A stretch of DNA of 63,951 bases, filler included, from Intoshia linei (lineage: Eukaryota; Animalia; Orthonectida): the NCBI GenBank assembly GCA_001642005.1. It is 8 parts of 8 records of this genome, joined end to end, with 100 filler letters (N's around TTAATTAATTAA, not from the genome) between each part and the next. Parts side by side here need not be neighbours in the genome. Positions count along the whole stretch, not along the records: positions 1 to 5,639 come from LWCA01001757.1; positions 5,740 to 25,598 come from LWCA01000714.1; 6 more parts are not named here. The stretch is one strand, 5' to 3'. A program made the translations under genes and the position numbers. Below are positions 1 to 12,400 of the stretch, piece after piece. Numbering within the stretch: position 1 is the stretch's first letter; every line of letters starts with the position of its first letter. The notes beneath the pieces are model-generated. The model saw nothing but the letters and a program-made list of their open reading frames with translations. It was not told the DNA's origin and ran no database searches.

Positions 1-119
1 ATAAATTCTAATTTTACCTGCTGATCATTATCATTTGTAACTACAATATCATGTTGTATTTCATTAGAATCATTATCATACATTGGCCGAACAGATACTT
101 TTCCATTATTCGATTTTTT

Positions 120-700
120 GCAGAACCTTGATATGTGTCCTGTTTGATTACAATTATAGCATACTAGCATATAGCATTTTAGGTTTCCAATCACTATTTA
201 TAATTTCAAAAGATTCACATGCTTCAATCACATCACTTAATTTACAATAATTCGATTGTATCAACATATTTTGAAGCTTACTATGTTTGCAGTTTAGCAC
301 AATTGCATCACGGATTCTTTCATCTGTATTTTTAAACTCGCATCTACCTGCTTGTAAATCCAATCGATCAATAGACATCAATTTGTTCATTAAAATTTCT
401 TTGGATTTTATCAAATTTAATTCTTTCTAAAGTTGCATTACGTTTATCCCAAGATTGTATCGCCTTCTTTATCAATACAATGCTATCATGAACATCACCT
501 CTTTTCAATGGTAATTGTTGTAATTGTGCTTGTGCACGTTGTCCCATTAAATATTTGATAAGATTAATTTGTTGACAATCATCCAGTTTTTTATTTAACA
601 GAGAAATATAAATATCATAATTTTCTATCCATTCCGACGCGCTTTTAGTCATACACCCGCGTTCATCGAATAATTGTTTTGGTTGATCGATATGTTCCAT
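120..700 (-). pseudogene. Ty3/Gypsy gag remnant (frameshifted) with CCHC zinc knuckle
   Basis: ORFs 368-700 and 154-414 read as one frameshifted gag (ERIKF..I.R..E....IDRLDLQAGRCEF...RIRDAIV). Minus strand 161-120 encodes CYNCNQTGHISRFC (C-X2-C-X4-H-X4-C). Similar to the gag at 60480-60947. Confidence 0.8.
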
Positions 701-711
701 ACAATTCGTTT

Positions 712-829
712 TGTAAAGTTAGATATGAAATATTGGAACAATATAAATTTAATATTTAAAGTAAAATGAATTTTAAATTATCGTTACAAAATAAAATAAA
801 TATATCTTGATCTTGATATATTCATTACA
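712..829 (-). repeat. Putative 5' LTR (118 bp) of the Gypsy element
   Basis: Bounded by TGTAA...TTACA and ends 11 nt upstream of the gag ATG. The partner LTR lies outside the window. Confidence 0.45.
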
Positions 830-1781
830 ATTAGTGGTTATATTTGTGGACACATTATTTAATATGATTTTAACTATTTTATTAATAACTTTTTTAATTT
901 TAGTTTTTTACGATGACAACATATTCTTATATGTATGTCAATTTTCAAAAAAATATATTGACGAATGAGGAAGCTATGTCACAATATCATGTTGTCTTTA
1001 AAATTAGTGGACGGAGTAACAAGGTTTAATTATAAAATTATTTTTATTCTAAAATAATTCCTCTCAGTTCAAATCTCGTTAGATAAGAAATCAAATTTTT
1101 GTAGAAACTTTCACAGTGCATTACTGTAATTTCATCAAAAGCCGATGATATTTTTTCTTTCAGTTGTATCTCAGTTAATCAGTTTCATTAAATCTAAGAG
1201 ATAAGGTTAGATTATTTTTAATATCAATAATTTCTTAAGAAGTGGTATGTAAATACACTTGCCCTTACGATGGCATCTTTTATCAAATTATAGATAGCAG
1301 GAGAGAAATGATGTTTACTCCAATCGTGCTTATTAGATATATCCGATATTCTAAGCTTATGGTCATCCGGTCTTGTTTTTATTGACATTTTCGTAAATCG
1401 GTCAATTAGGGTATACATGTCTTTTTGACCAGAATATGGGAAATAAAGGGTTAGCGCTGAGACTGTATTCACAGAAAGAACTAAGGTCATGGTTCTATCT
1501 GTTCTTTAATCATTCATCACGAGCTCTCCATTATTATTTATGATTTTGCCATATTGCTCGTCGGGTGTATAACTCATAAAAATAGAATATAAGTACATTC
1601 CTTAACGAGATAATAATATTAAATACTAGCAGTAACTTCAATAGTTTACTACTAGAAACTTATACCAAACATTATATTTTATGTAGAGAATGAATTAACA
1701 TAATATATTCATTCTAGAATGAGTGATGATAACGATAGTTACATTAATGTTTCTCTATCGTTACTCACCAATACGCGTCAT

Positions 1782-2928
1782 TTAATTAAATGAAAAATTC
1801 TGGTTTAGATTCGAGAGTAAAAAATTTAAGTATTTCATATCATATACTCTTTGTAACATCTTTCCTCTTGACAGCCATCTAATTTCAGCATGTAGAAGGA
1901 GGTTGGTATGTTGTGAGCCGATTTCTTTGCATAAATTAGAAAATATTCTTGATTTTAATGGCCGAGTTTTTATATAATTCACCATTTTAACGACTTGATT
2001 TATAAAAATTTTCATTTCTACACCAATTGTCTTTGCTACTAATGCTTCTCGGTTAAGAAAGCAATGAGTAGTAATCATGTTAACATTGTGTTTTTTAGTA
2101 AAGTAACAAATCTTTTCATAGATCCAACCATTGATAGAGCCCATCTGTGCAAATTCCAACGCAGTCTTTTAGAGGTAATATAAGTTAATCTAAAGATAAA
2201 TCTTGTTGTATTATAAATATCTTGACCAGTTGTTTTTTTTATTAATTGCTGACAAAATAAATATCTTCCTCAACTCTTTGTTTAGCGATGTAACGAATAA
2301 AACACAAAAGTTGACAAAATCCAGAGACAACAGTTGATTCATCTATTTGAATTGCATACATACCTCTCATTTTAATGACATCAACAATTTGTTATTTAAT
2401 GTAACCTAAAATGTGACTAATTCGTCTACTTATTATACTCCCTGATAGACGAATTTTTTTAATCTTTGTTTCAGCTTTCTGGCATAGAATGGTTTTTACG
2501 ATAGCACAACAAGCAGGCATTATAAGATTCTCTTCTATTGTATGAGGTGACATAGTTAGCTATTAATTGAGCTACTAAATAACTTGCTTCTTTTGCTTTC
2601 TCTGAAACAGACATATTGTTTTTAAAATGTAATATTTCATTTTTTATATCAGCTTACATTATTTTACAATTTTCAATTGGTTTGTTTGCAAGGTGGATGT
2701 GTTTTGATTTGAAGTGCCAATTTAATTTTCTTGGAACCATTAATTCATTGGATAACGTTTTAACATTATAATACAAACAGGCTTCTGGTTTAATTTACTA
2801 CCAGATCAAGTAAAACATCGATAAATAATTTTCATCATATAATCGCTTTTTTACAATCTTTAATTTCGTTTTTTTTTGGTGGGGATCAAGTTTTCATGTT
2901 TACGTTTGTTAGAAATAAATTTATCCAT
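1782..2928 (-). mobile_element. Degenerate hAT (Buster/ZBED5-SCAND3-like) transposase
   Basis: HCFLNREALVAK, VNYIKTRPLKSRIF, LLLHAEIRWLSRGK motifs, with upstream KPVCI..LSNELMVPRKLNWHF and EASYLVAQLIA remnants. Multiple stops and frameshifts. Confidence 0.85.
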
Positions 2929-3364
2929 TTTTTTGATTGATTTTAGTATATAAAATGTATAAAATAATCTGATTTATTTGTAAAAAAATAGATTGTAAAT
3001 TAATCACATGAAATATTATTTATCGCTCATAAAACATCTTGTATGCAAAATGTATAATGAAATAGTAAAAACTAATAACTAAGATGTGATTCACATCTAA
3101 ATATTAGTAATTATGTGATTATATATAGTATTCTGATTCCGTCGCTTCTTTAAAAATCACTAAATTTATTAATAATTTAACTAATTCTTAATGTATATTA
3201 ATTAATGTATTAAACTTTTTACATTATTTCTATGAAAAATCTAGAAAAAACTTTCCTATCAAGAGGAAAGGCATCCATGGCTTGAAATTCAGAAAGCTCA
3301 TCCTTTGAGTTGCGATTTTGAATTGAAATATTCCTACTACTAAACTGTATATCAATTTTTTAAT

Positions 3365-3630
3365 CAGTCTGTCTTAGACAGCTTGAAGGAACATCAAATA
3401 TTGAAGGAGGATTAACTGGCCTAAATCTACTATATACTCTTTTAGTAGGATAATTCTCCGGTCAGTGTTTCTCACACACACATATTTTTTGTAAAATCAT
3501 CAGAAAAAACATTAGGCATGGCATTTATCCATTTTACTTTTTCCTTTACATTAGATGCAAATCCATAGGTTTTCACTTTCTCAGACCCTTCATCATAATT
3601 CGTACGGCAATTTGCTGAGGAACAGCGGAT
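3365..3630 (-). pseudogene. THAP zinc-finger domain remnant (P-element-like transposase N-terminus or THAP gene)
   Basis: Manual translation gives RCSSANCRTNY..TYGF..KVKWINAMP..(frameshift)VCEKH*P..RPVNPPSIF, the C2CH THAP pattern with conserved W and P-box. Confidence 0.7.
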
Positions 3631-4807
3631 TAGACAATTTATATTGGTTTTTAGTATCGATTAGTACAATATAAATAGGATTTATTCATTGTACTTATCT
3701 GTCGTTATTTGTACTAGCGGAAATTTGTAATGTCTTGTATTATATATGAATAAAAATTTTTAATTTTTCGGGAAATCAAAATCACTAATGAACATACTAA
3801 AATTTTGGTCTAGTTAAAAAATAATCGCCCTAATTATAATTCATAATTATTATTTTTATCATTACATATGTATTTTAGTTTTTGGAAAATTTGAAAATAA
3901 CACTAAAGGTGTGTTTAGTCATATAACGGTAAATTATATACAACTTCCACGGTGTATTTATTGTATGATGTGTCCCTGTTTTTGTTAATTTAAAATTTTT
4001 TTTTACAAATGGTAGGTTTGTATTACAGATTAAATTTTATTTTTGAGTGACTTTAACTGATGCAATTTATAATTACAATTATATATTGTAGTTATGTTAC
4101 AAAAAAACTATATTTACATATTGCGTTTTTTTAAAATTTAGTGTACCAATTTATTAGGCAAATCGTAAATGGGATTAAAAAGCGACCTAAGCGTGAATGT
4201 TCATTTTTACTACCATGGCAGACTGTTCATATACATTCTCCAAAAAATTTACTTTACTTTTTATTATGTTTTTACTATTTTGTAACCCTTACGAGACTAT
4301 GCTGATTTTCCAAATTTAAAGCTTAAAATTCACAAATGTGAAATGTCATTGATTTGAAAGTAAACAACTTAAATTTGGCTTTAATATTTGGCTAGAATCA
4401 GCAATAAAATATATTTAATTTATTACACGTAAATTACGTGACGTAATTGTATTTTCTTAGAATATAATTTATTTTATTTGTGACACAAAGTAAACATTGA
4501 TAATAAAATTAATTTTTACTCATATTACATGTTATTGTATGAGCAGTAATTTTTTTATAATTTATATTGGTTTGTATACAAACCAATATAAATTTATGAG
4601 TGTAGTGTTTGGCATCTATACATACAATTGTCTCGTAAGAGTTAATATCTGCATAACGAATTTTTATATCATAAATGCACCCTTCCACCATATGAACATT
4701 TTGAAAATATTCAATTTATACCCAATCTTACCTCTCAACTGTTAAAAAAATCCTGGGGCAGCGCCTCTAAAGTTTTGAACAATATATCGCTCACAGAAAC
4801 TAATATA

Positions 4808-5125
4808 CAGTCAGACCTGTGTATAGTGAACATTAAAAATTATTTTGTTAACAAAAAATCCACTTTATATGGAAATATATTGAACAATACGGTAATGAAC
4901 GGTGAACATCTTTCAAAATGAAGGTAATATTCTATTTTTGTATAATCTCTTTGTAATTTGAATCAATTAATATGATTTACACGTTATTTTTACATTATAT
5001 AATGAACGTAAAATTTTGTCAATTGGAGAAAAAAAATAAAACATAGCCAACGAGATATGACTAAGAAATTTAAATTGTCTTTGGGTTACATTAATGGAAT
5101 AATTAAAAATTCATACAATATTCTA
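4808..5125 (+). mobile_element. Tigger/pogo-like left end with HTH_psq remnant
   Basis: TA|CAGTCAGACCTGTGTATAGTGAACA terminus, followed by RKILSIGEK..HSQRDMTKKFKLSLGYINGIIKN. Confidence 0.5.
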
Positions 5126-5129
5126 ATTC

Positions 5130-5639
5130 AAATGACATTATTGAACAAGTATTTGAAAAAATAAAAAATTCAAAATTTGACTTGTTTTCAATACAAGTCG
5201 ATGAAACCACAGACTTAGCAAATCATGTTCAACTTTGTGTATTTGTGCGATATGTGTTTAATGGAGATTTTGAAGATGAATTTCTTTTTGGTGAAAATTT
5301 GGAATCTAGAACTACAGCAAAAGAAGTTTTTAAAAAGGTTTCGGATTTCTTTGAAGCATATTCATTTTTATGGTATTTGTACAGATGGAGCACCCTAAAT
5401 GGTAGGGTGTCGATCGGGATTTCAAACTCTTGTGAAAGAAAAATCTCCAATTGTGATTGGTACTCATTATACCATACATAGACATGCCTTGGTTTCCAAA
5501 ACGTTGCCTAAATATTTAAATACTGTTTTAAATGAAGTAGTGAAGGCAATTAATTTCATAAAAGCAAATTGCCTCAATAGTCGTCTTTTTTCGTTATTAT
5601 GCTCTGATAATGATGCTGATTTTGAAACATTGTTATTAC
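5130..5639 (+). mobile_element. hAT Buster-type transposase fragment, cut by the linker
   Basis: FSIQVDETTD..QLCVFVRY, HYTIHRHALVSKTLP and INFIKANCLNSRLF motifs with a frameshift. Confidence 0.85.
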
Positions 5640-5739
5640 NNNNNNNNNNNNNNNNNNNNNNNNNNNNNNNNNNNNNNNNNNNNTTAATTAATTAANNNNN
5701 NNNNNNNNNNNNNNNNNNNNNNNNNNNNNNNNNNNNNNN
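5640..5739. other. Artificial assembly linker (N44-TTAATTAATTAA-N44)
   Basis: Identical 100-bp linkers with stops in all six frames also occur at 25599-25698, 27890-27989, 36397-36496, 49284-49383, 59036-59135 and 62765-62864. Confidence 0.97.
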
Positions 5740-6625
5740 ATTTGAATGTGAATCTTTGTTTCAATAGAATAAATATCATTTACAGCATTAGGAAAAATTT
5801 TTGTTGTCATTATTTTAATTTCTACAAGTAAAATTAAATACTTTGAATATTGTGAATAAGTTATTTCTTCTGAAAATCCGGTATTATCTATATTTGACTC
5901 TTCGTCACTGTTTTCTATTAAAAATTCTTCCATTTCATCTTCCAAGTTAGTATCATTGATTTTTTCAAATTCTTTTAAACCAGATATATCAATAACGTCG
6001 TAATTGTACGAGCTTAGTTCATCTAAATATTGAGCTAAAATTATTTCTTCTTCAGGTATAGTATTTTCATATAAATCATCGCTAGAATTTGTAGTGTAAT
6101 TTAAGAATAGTTTTGTTTTTATAAAACAATTGGAAATAGTTTTTACTGTAACTTTATCCCAAGCTTCTACGGAATAATACATTCCATCTAAAATTGAAAC
6201 ACCTCTAACATCTTTAATCGATCAATAAGAAGCAAAATTTTTCGAGATGATGAGAATATTTTGTTCATTTTTTTTTATGTCACTAACGGTAGATGATGAA
6301 AAATTATACTTATCACAAATGTAGCTTTGTTTGAACTTTTTTAAATCATCCAAAATTTTTTTTTTAACACATAATGATATTTTTTTTCTTTTTAATTTTG
6401 AATTCATTTTTTGAATGATAATAAAATTTATAAATGTCAATATAGATGAAGTTGATATTAAAATGATATTGGATAACTTAAAATTTGTGATTACTTAACA
6501 ATTAAGCTTTATATTTAATTTTTTTATTAACCGAATTTTTGTTTCATACATATTGTTAACAAGAAAATCGATTCCGTTATAGTGGAATTCCGTTAAGATA
6601 AGTTCCGTTATAATGGACTTAGACT
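5740..6625 (-). mobile_element. Internally deleted Tigger/pogo (CENP-B-like) transposon
   Basis: HTH_psq KRKKISLCVKKKIL..ICDKYNFSSSTVSDIKKN is joined directly to the post-DDE motif AWDKVTVKTISNCF and an acidic tail. TIR TA|CAGTCTAAGTCCATTATAACGGA with TCCGTTA subrepeats at 6570-6625. Confidence 0.75.
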
Positions 6626-6789
6626 GTATATACCGTTGTGTATTATGTCACATTCCTTTTGAACAATAAAAATTTATAAATTAATGTAACTTTAATGATG
6701 TTTTCATATTAGATCATTTTAAATGGCATAAATTGAAATTGAATTGTCGACGTGTGGTGAGAATCATAAAATTTATTTAGACAGTGAAA

Positions 6790-6935
6790 GGGTTAAAAGT
6801 TGGTAAAAATGAAATTTTCCCTAAAGGGCTTTTAAAACCGAATTTTTCCATTAAAGGTTGGTAAAAGTGGATTTTTAGTAAAAATGGTTGGATTTAAGTA
6901 AAAATGGTTGGATTTTAGTAAAAATTGTTTGTTTT
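6790..6935. repeat. Short tandem repeat (about 20-bp unit GGATTTTAGTAAAAATGGTT) next to a piggyBac-like end
   Basis: Three near-identical units at about 6869-6930, and a related copy at 41800-41870. The GACAGTGAAAGGG|TTAA end at 6780-6796 recurs at 49704-49720. Confidence 0.6.
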
Positions 6936-7974
6936 AAGAATATTATCCAGATATATTATAATGTATGCAACGTACAATATAATGTATCTGGTCCGTAATT
7001 GTAACTAACTGATATTGGATTTGTTGTTCCAGGTGTAATGCTGGAACTTCGAGTCTGTAAGGAATATTATGTTAATATAACAGAGAAATATCGAATTACC
7101 AATAATTCCAATCTGTGAATTTTGATTAATTAGTAATAATTCATTACTAATGAATAATATTTTAAATAATCAATGATATTCATAATTGTAATTTTATAAC
7201 TTTGTAATGATTACATTAGTAGAATTACAGATGTAGTGGGAAGTGGGCACAACTGTAAACATCACGATATTACTTGACACAATAGATAATAATCGATATT
7301 CACATAAAGAAATTAAATATTGCTAATGCCCTTCAAATTAACACACTTTTATAATTTATATTCATACGTGTTATATTTTGATTTATAATAACATTATTCT
7401 GTCATATAATCAATGATGATTTGCACTCAATGTGTTTAAGTGTACATTGGACACGGTACAATAATATATAGGTTTTCATAGAGTTCAAACTCTTCAAAAT
7501 AGAATAAAAATTTTAAAAATGGTTAAACCCTAAATAATTGAGTTAAATTTAAAAATGTAGATTAGTGACTCAACATAATCAGAACATTTGTTGGTAAAAT
7601 AGTGTTTATATTTAGAAAGAGTGTAAAAATATAATGCATTACATATGGATGAATATTTAACACTTGAAATATTTATTTATAAATTAATATATAAATAATT
7701 TGTCTCAATAGCTTCATTTTTCGCCTCGAGGTATTTTTAGATATTGACATGATATAATAAAAATTAATAAAATTGGCTGCCCGTTCCATTAGAAAAAATG
7801 AGATATTATTTTTCAACGTACTATAAAATACCTCCAATTATCCTATTGTATAAACTTTCCAAAATATTAGTGATGAATCTATTATAATTTTTATTTAGTT
7901 TACCAAACAGTATCGAAAACATATTCAATATTGATGGTATATATTTTTATTGAAATGGATTAGAATTTAAATAG

Positions 7975-8912
7975 AAAATTGCTTTGAAAAACAATTCTTT
8001 TATCGACTTATGTCAGGATTGCACAGTAGTATAAATATTGCAATAATAAGCACTTGGATCAATGTAAAGAATACAGGTTAGTTTTGACAGCATTGACATG
8101 ATACTAATTTAGATAATCCTTTACTCAATAAAGTAAAATCTAAACCTAATCTTTTGGAATTTAAAAAGAAATTTGACCCAGAATTTACTAAAGGCGAAGG
8201 GCCCGGTCGATTGTTAAATTTATACTTTTTGTATATGGTACAAATAAGAAGCATTCAATTATTGTTACCACACCTTAAAATGGTAGTGTTAAAAAAAATT
8301 GAGTTAATCAATTTTAGAAAAAAATTTATTCTGGCGATGAAAATGAAGACGCAAAAGTCAGAGGGAACCTAAAGAAACTAGGAATTATTATCAAGTTAAT
8401 TTTGAAAGTTTTTTATAACCTACTTTAATTAGCGAATTTGATGCTCATTATAATGAAAAAATGTTTTTTGTTAAAGAACGAGACCGAAAAATGTTGGTAT
8501 CTAAAACAAATTTCATATAAAAATTGTATTACTTATTCTAGTTTGAATATGAAAAAAAATTTCACAATATTACTAAAATAATGGATTGTCTGGGCTGTGC
8601 TAACTGTAAATTGTGGGGTAAACTACAGGTATAACATTTATACTGGAAATTTCATTTTGTTTCACAGATGTTTGGACTAGGATCTACGTTAAACTTAATA
8701 TTTAGCAATGCAAACAACTTTGACGCTCTAAAACAAACGATTGATTACTTTTCCAGGCGTCATATTGTTGCACTTTTTAATTCTTTGGCAAGGTACATTT
8801 TTATGTTTGTGAGTTTTAAATAATTTTATTAATTTGAAATTTTAGAACAAGTGATAATATTTCCAAAATCAAAGTTTTTAAACATTTATATGACTCAAAA
8901 TTGGAATTATAA
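7975..8912 (+). CDS. ERO1: Endoplasmic reticulum oxidoreductin Ero1, 3' exons (about 7975-8076, 8113-8282, 8318-8394, 8433-8496, 8542-8628, 8668-8792, 8846-8912)
   Basis: [48 protein letters not shown] (CXXCXXC active site) and [10 protein letters not shown] are joined by short GT-AG introns. The 5' exons are not resolved. Confidence 0.9.
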
Positions 8913-9487
8913 ATGATTTATTGCAACAGTTTTTTAATATATATTTGTATAAAATACACTATACGTCAAAATTTTCTAAATTTTTATATTTCTGTATTTT
9001 TTAATTTACCTTGGCTAGAAACTGTCGAAATATACTGTGAATCTTTGGATGAATTGTCTTTAGGTGGTTGGTAGTAATTTTCCTAAATTTCCACATATTT
9101 TTATTTTAATAATATAAAAACTTTATAAACGACTTTGCACCATATTGAGAAAATTATTAGTGAAGAAATCAACAACGCGCAAAATATTATTCCTAAGACT
9201 AAAAACAATGTCCAATATCGCGAAATGTTGGATTTACTAAAAATGTTTCAATTTTTAGTTTTGTTAATACAAATTTTTACCTTTTATTCGAAATTGCAAA
9301 AAAAGCAAAGAACAACAAAATTGGAGTAAGGGTTGCACCCATCATAAGAAATGCATACCTACTAAGAAAATCGAGTACGTAAACACTCTTCATGATTGTA
9401 TACAATATTCTTATAATTTATTAGCAACCGATTTAATGTAACTGGTTCAAAGACGTTATATATAACAATTAATTTTTGTTTTTAAAT

Positions 9488-12400
9488 TTAATATGTATTA
9501 AAATTACAAACAGTTTTTGTATGACTAGGGAATCTTGAAAAGTAAATATTGTACAAATTTTTCAGAGAAACTGAAGTAATTAATTTACTTTGCTCGTCGA
9601 TATTGTATATAGCCTTGCACTCTTGATTATCTATAATGTATTTAGAGGATGTAATCGATAAGTAACCTGTTAAATAATCTAATTTTATTTCATGACACAA
9701 AACACAAATTTCCAATAAATTTCGGTAGAATTTGTATAGTTTAGTATCCACTGACTCGAAGTATTTTAAAAGATTTTCAATCTTTCCGTGTCGAACGAGA
9801 TAAAATACCAAACCTAAAATTTTTAAAGGTAAATTAAAGTAATTCCGGTATTTAAATTTAAACAATACATTTATTTAATTTAATTTTAATATCAGAAATC
9901 AAAGAATTAAAATTGAAATGGAAGATAATAAATTTTATGAACTCAAAATTGAAACTAAGTCAAAAGTTGTATTCAAAATATACATGAGACAAAAGTTAGA
10001 AAATTTAATCAAACCGCGAAACTTGAATTTGTTGAATTTAATTCTAGTGAAAAATTATCATTATTATTATTATTTATACTCCAGAATCAGCCTCAATGGA
10101 AAATTATTAATAAAAAAATAGCTTCAGCCTTGGACAGATCATTCACAATTGATAGATCTGCAATGCATACAATTGAATCTATCTCTATGTCTTTGGGATA
10201 CAATTTAACTGATGTTTCACTTTCAGTCAGTACTATACGAAGAGAAAGACCGAAATTTCGTTTTAAAACAGATAGAATGTTCGTAGTTCATTGGGACGGT
10301 AAATTGATTAAAGATTTGTATAATCCAACAGAAAGAATTGAAAGGCTAACAATTGTAATATCCGGTTTCAATTTATATAAGATCTTAGCCTTACCTAAAC
10401 TTACCAGAGGTACGGATGACATCATTTAAAGTAGCGTTGTTAAACAATTGAAATCTTGGGACGTCGATAAGAACATAATAGCAATGGGTTTCGACACTAA
10501 AGTTGTAATACAGGCAAATATAATGGTGCTTGTAGTCTAATAGAGAATAAATTAAATAGACCCTATTACACCTAGCATGTAGACACTACATAATAGAAAT
10601 TATGGTAGATTACGTATTAAAAATTTGTTTTCCACTAACCGTATGTCCGAATAATTATTTTTTAAATGATTTCAGTCCTCCTGGCCGTTTATAGACCAAT
10701 CCGACTTTGATATTTAATCAGACTGTGAATATATGTCTCAATTGTTAACTATAATCAATAGAACTATTTTAAGGGAAAGCTCAGTTATGTATTTGCAATC
10801 TATTTCACATAATGTGGATATTCGTGATTACAGGGAATTATTAGAGATATATTTAATTTTTTATGGAATTATAAAAAACAGTTCAAACGTCCAGGTGCTT
10901 TTCACCACGCGAGATGGATGAGTAAAGCCATATATTGCATTAAAATGTATATGTTTAGGAAACAATTTCAAATGGATAACGAAATTTTAACAGAAATTAG
11001 AGAACTGTGTATATTTTTTTTCTACAATTTATGTTACACAATGGTTCAATTACATATACGCAGCTGAAGCTGCATTAAGTGATATAGAGCTATATAAGAA
11101 TTTACAATTGTTTTGAGGTATTTCTAATGGCATGGCGTTTCAGACAAAAAAAGCATTAAAAAGAAATTTATGGTATCTAAACGGATCTTTAGTCCCATTA
11201 GCTTTATTCAGCAAAAATTTATCTGAATCAGATATGTCTTTGTTGGCATTAAAATACTTTCTACGTCTAATATAAATATTGTCAAGATTACACCAAGGTC
11301 AGAAACGAACCTAAATTTAAAATCTCATTTGTCACACATGAATCTAGATTCACTGTGATAACTCTGAACATATTGGATATTTTGCAATACCCCGTAAATG
11401 AATGGTCTTCACATGAATCTTTTAGAAGAGCTGATATATTTGTATCATCTTTAAAAGTTATTTTATTTATTTCTAGTTTATTATATACTTTTTATAGATT
11501 TTATATAAATGTAATCTAGGTGGTCAATGATATCTCAGAACGTGCAGTGGCATTGATTAACCAATATCAAAATTTTAGACCCATAAATGAAGATTCTAAA
11601 CAAAATCTGATACAGGTTGTCGAAGAGCATAGAAAAAACACCCGAAAGCTAAAAAATCAGATTATGTAAAAAATAAATATTACCCCTACCGGGGCAGGGG
11701 AAATTTTTATAATTTTGAAAAATTTTTTGTGGTATGCTCCTACTTATACAAAATAAGGATGGTATGCAAAAATAGTTTTTGAAATTTAAAAAAAAACTCA
11801 AAAATGAATCACCCTAATATGTATCCATTATGGAGTCCTGACTATTCGAATATTTGAAAAACCAGTTATCGAATAATTCCGGTTATTTGAACAACGATTA
11901 TCCGATTAATCGGAATTCAAAATTTTTAATATAAAAACCAATAATCCTTACTTATATAATATACTACGCGAATTTTGTTTGTGTGTGTTCCACTTTATTT
12001 AAATAACTACCCGTCTTACAATTTTATAAAGTTCACATTTTAATTACAGTTTTTACCGAAGGTGTTCGCAAAATAAATTTCAACATCCCAAACTTACATC
12101 TTACGGGTTAAAAACCCCAATTGTCCTGTTTTTTTAAAATCAAACGAGTTGGAGAATTTAAAAAAATATATACGCTGATACGAATTTTAAAATCATAAAC
12201 ATTATCATAATTTTCAAAATTTTTTAAAAAAATTATATCTTCAGGGTCAAAATCCGAAATTACTAAATTTAATTAATATTAATAAACAAAAAATTAAGAT
12301 GAAATAATTCACTTTAAAGTAAAAAGTAATGTGATATATGACTTCAACGATACATTTATGAAATTTTTGAAAATCCGATTATTCGAAAAATATTCCCATT

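Noticed and set aside
1080-1600. ORF 1224-1490 as a gene or an IS630/Tc1 remnant
   Set aside because: Only a faint resemblance to a Tc1 C-terminus, with no intact diagnostic motif.
3430-3470. In-frame TGA at a Trp position as evidence of a variant genetic code
   Set aside because: It occurs only in degraded TE sequence. Host genes use TGG for Trp and TGA as a stop (nAChR, ZC2HC1-like).
9135-9329. Small plus-strand ORF resembling hATm YRELL
   Set aside because: A single short motif in AT-rich sequence is insufficient.
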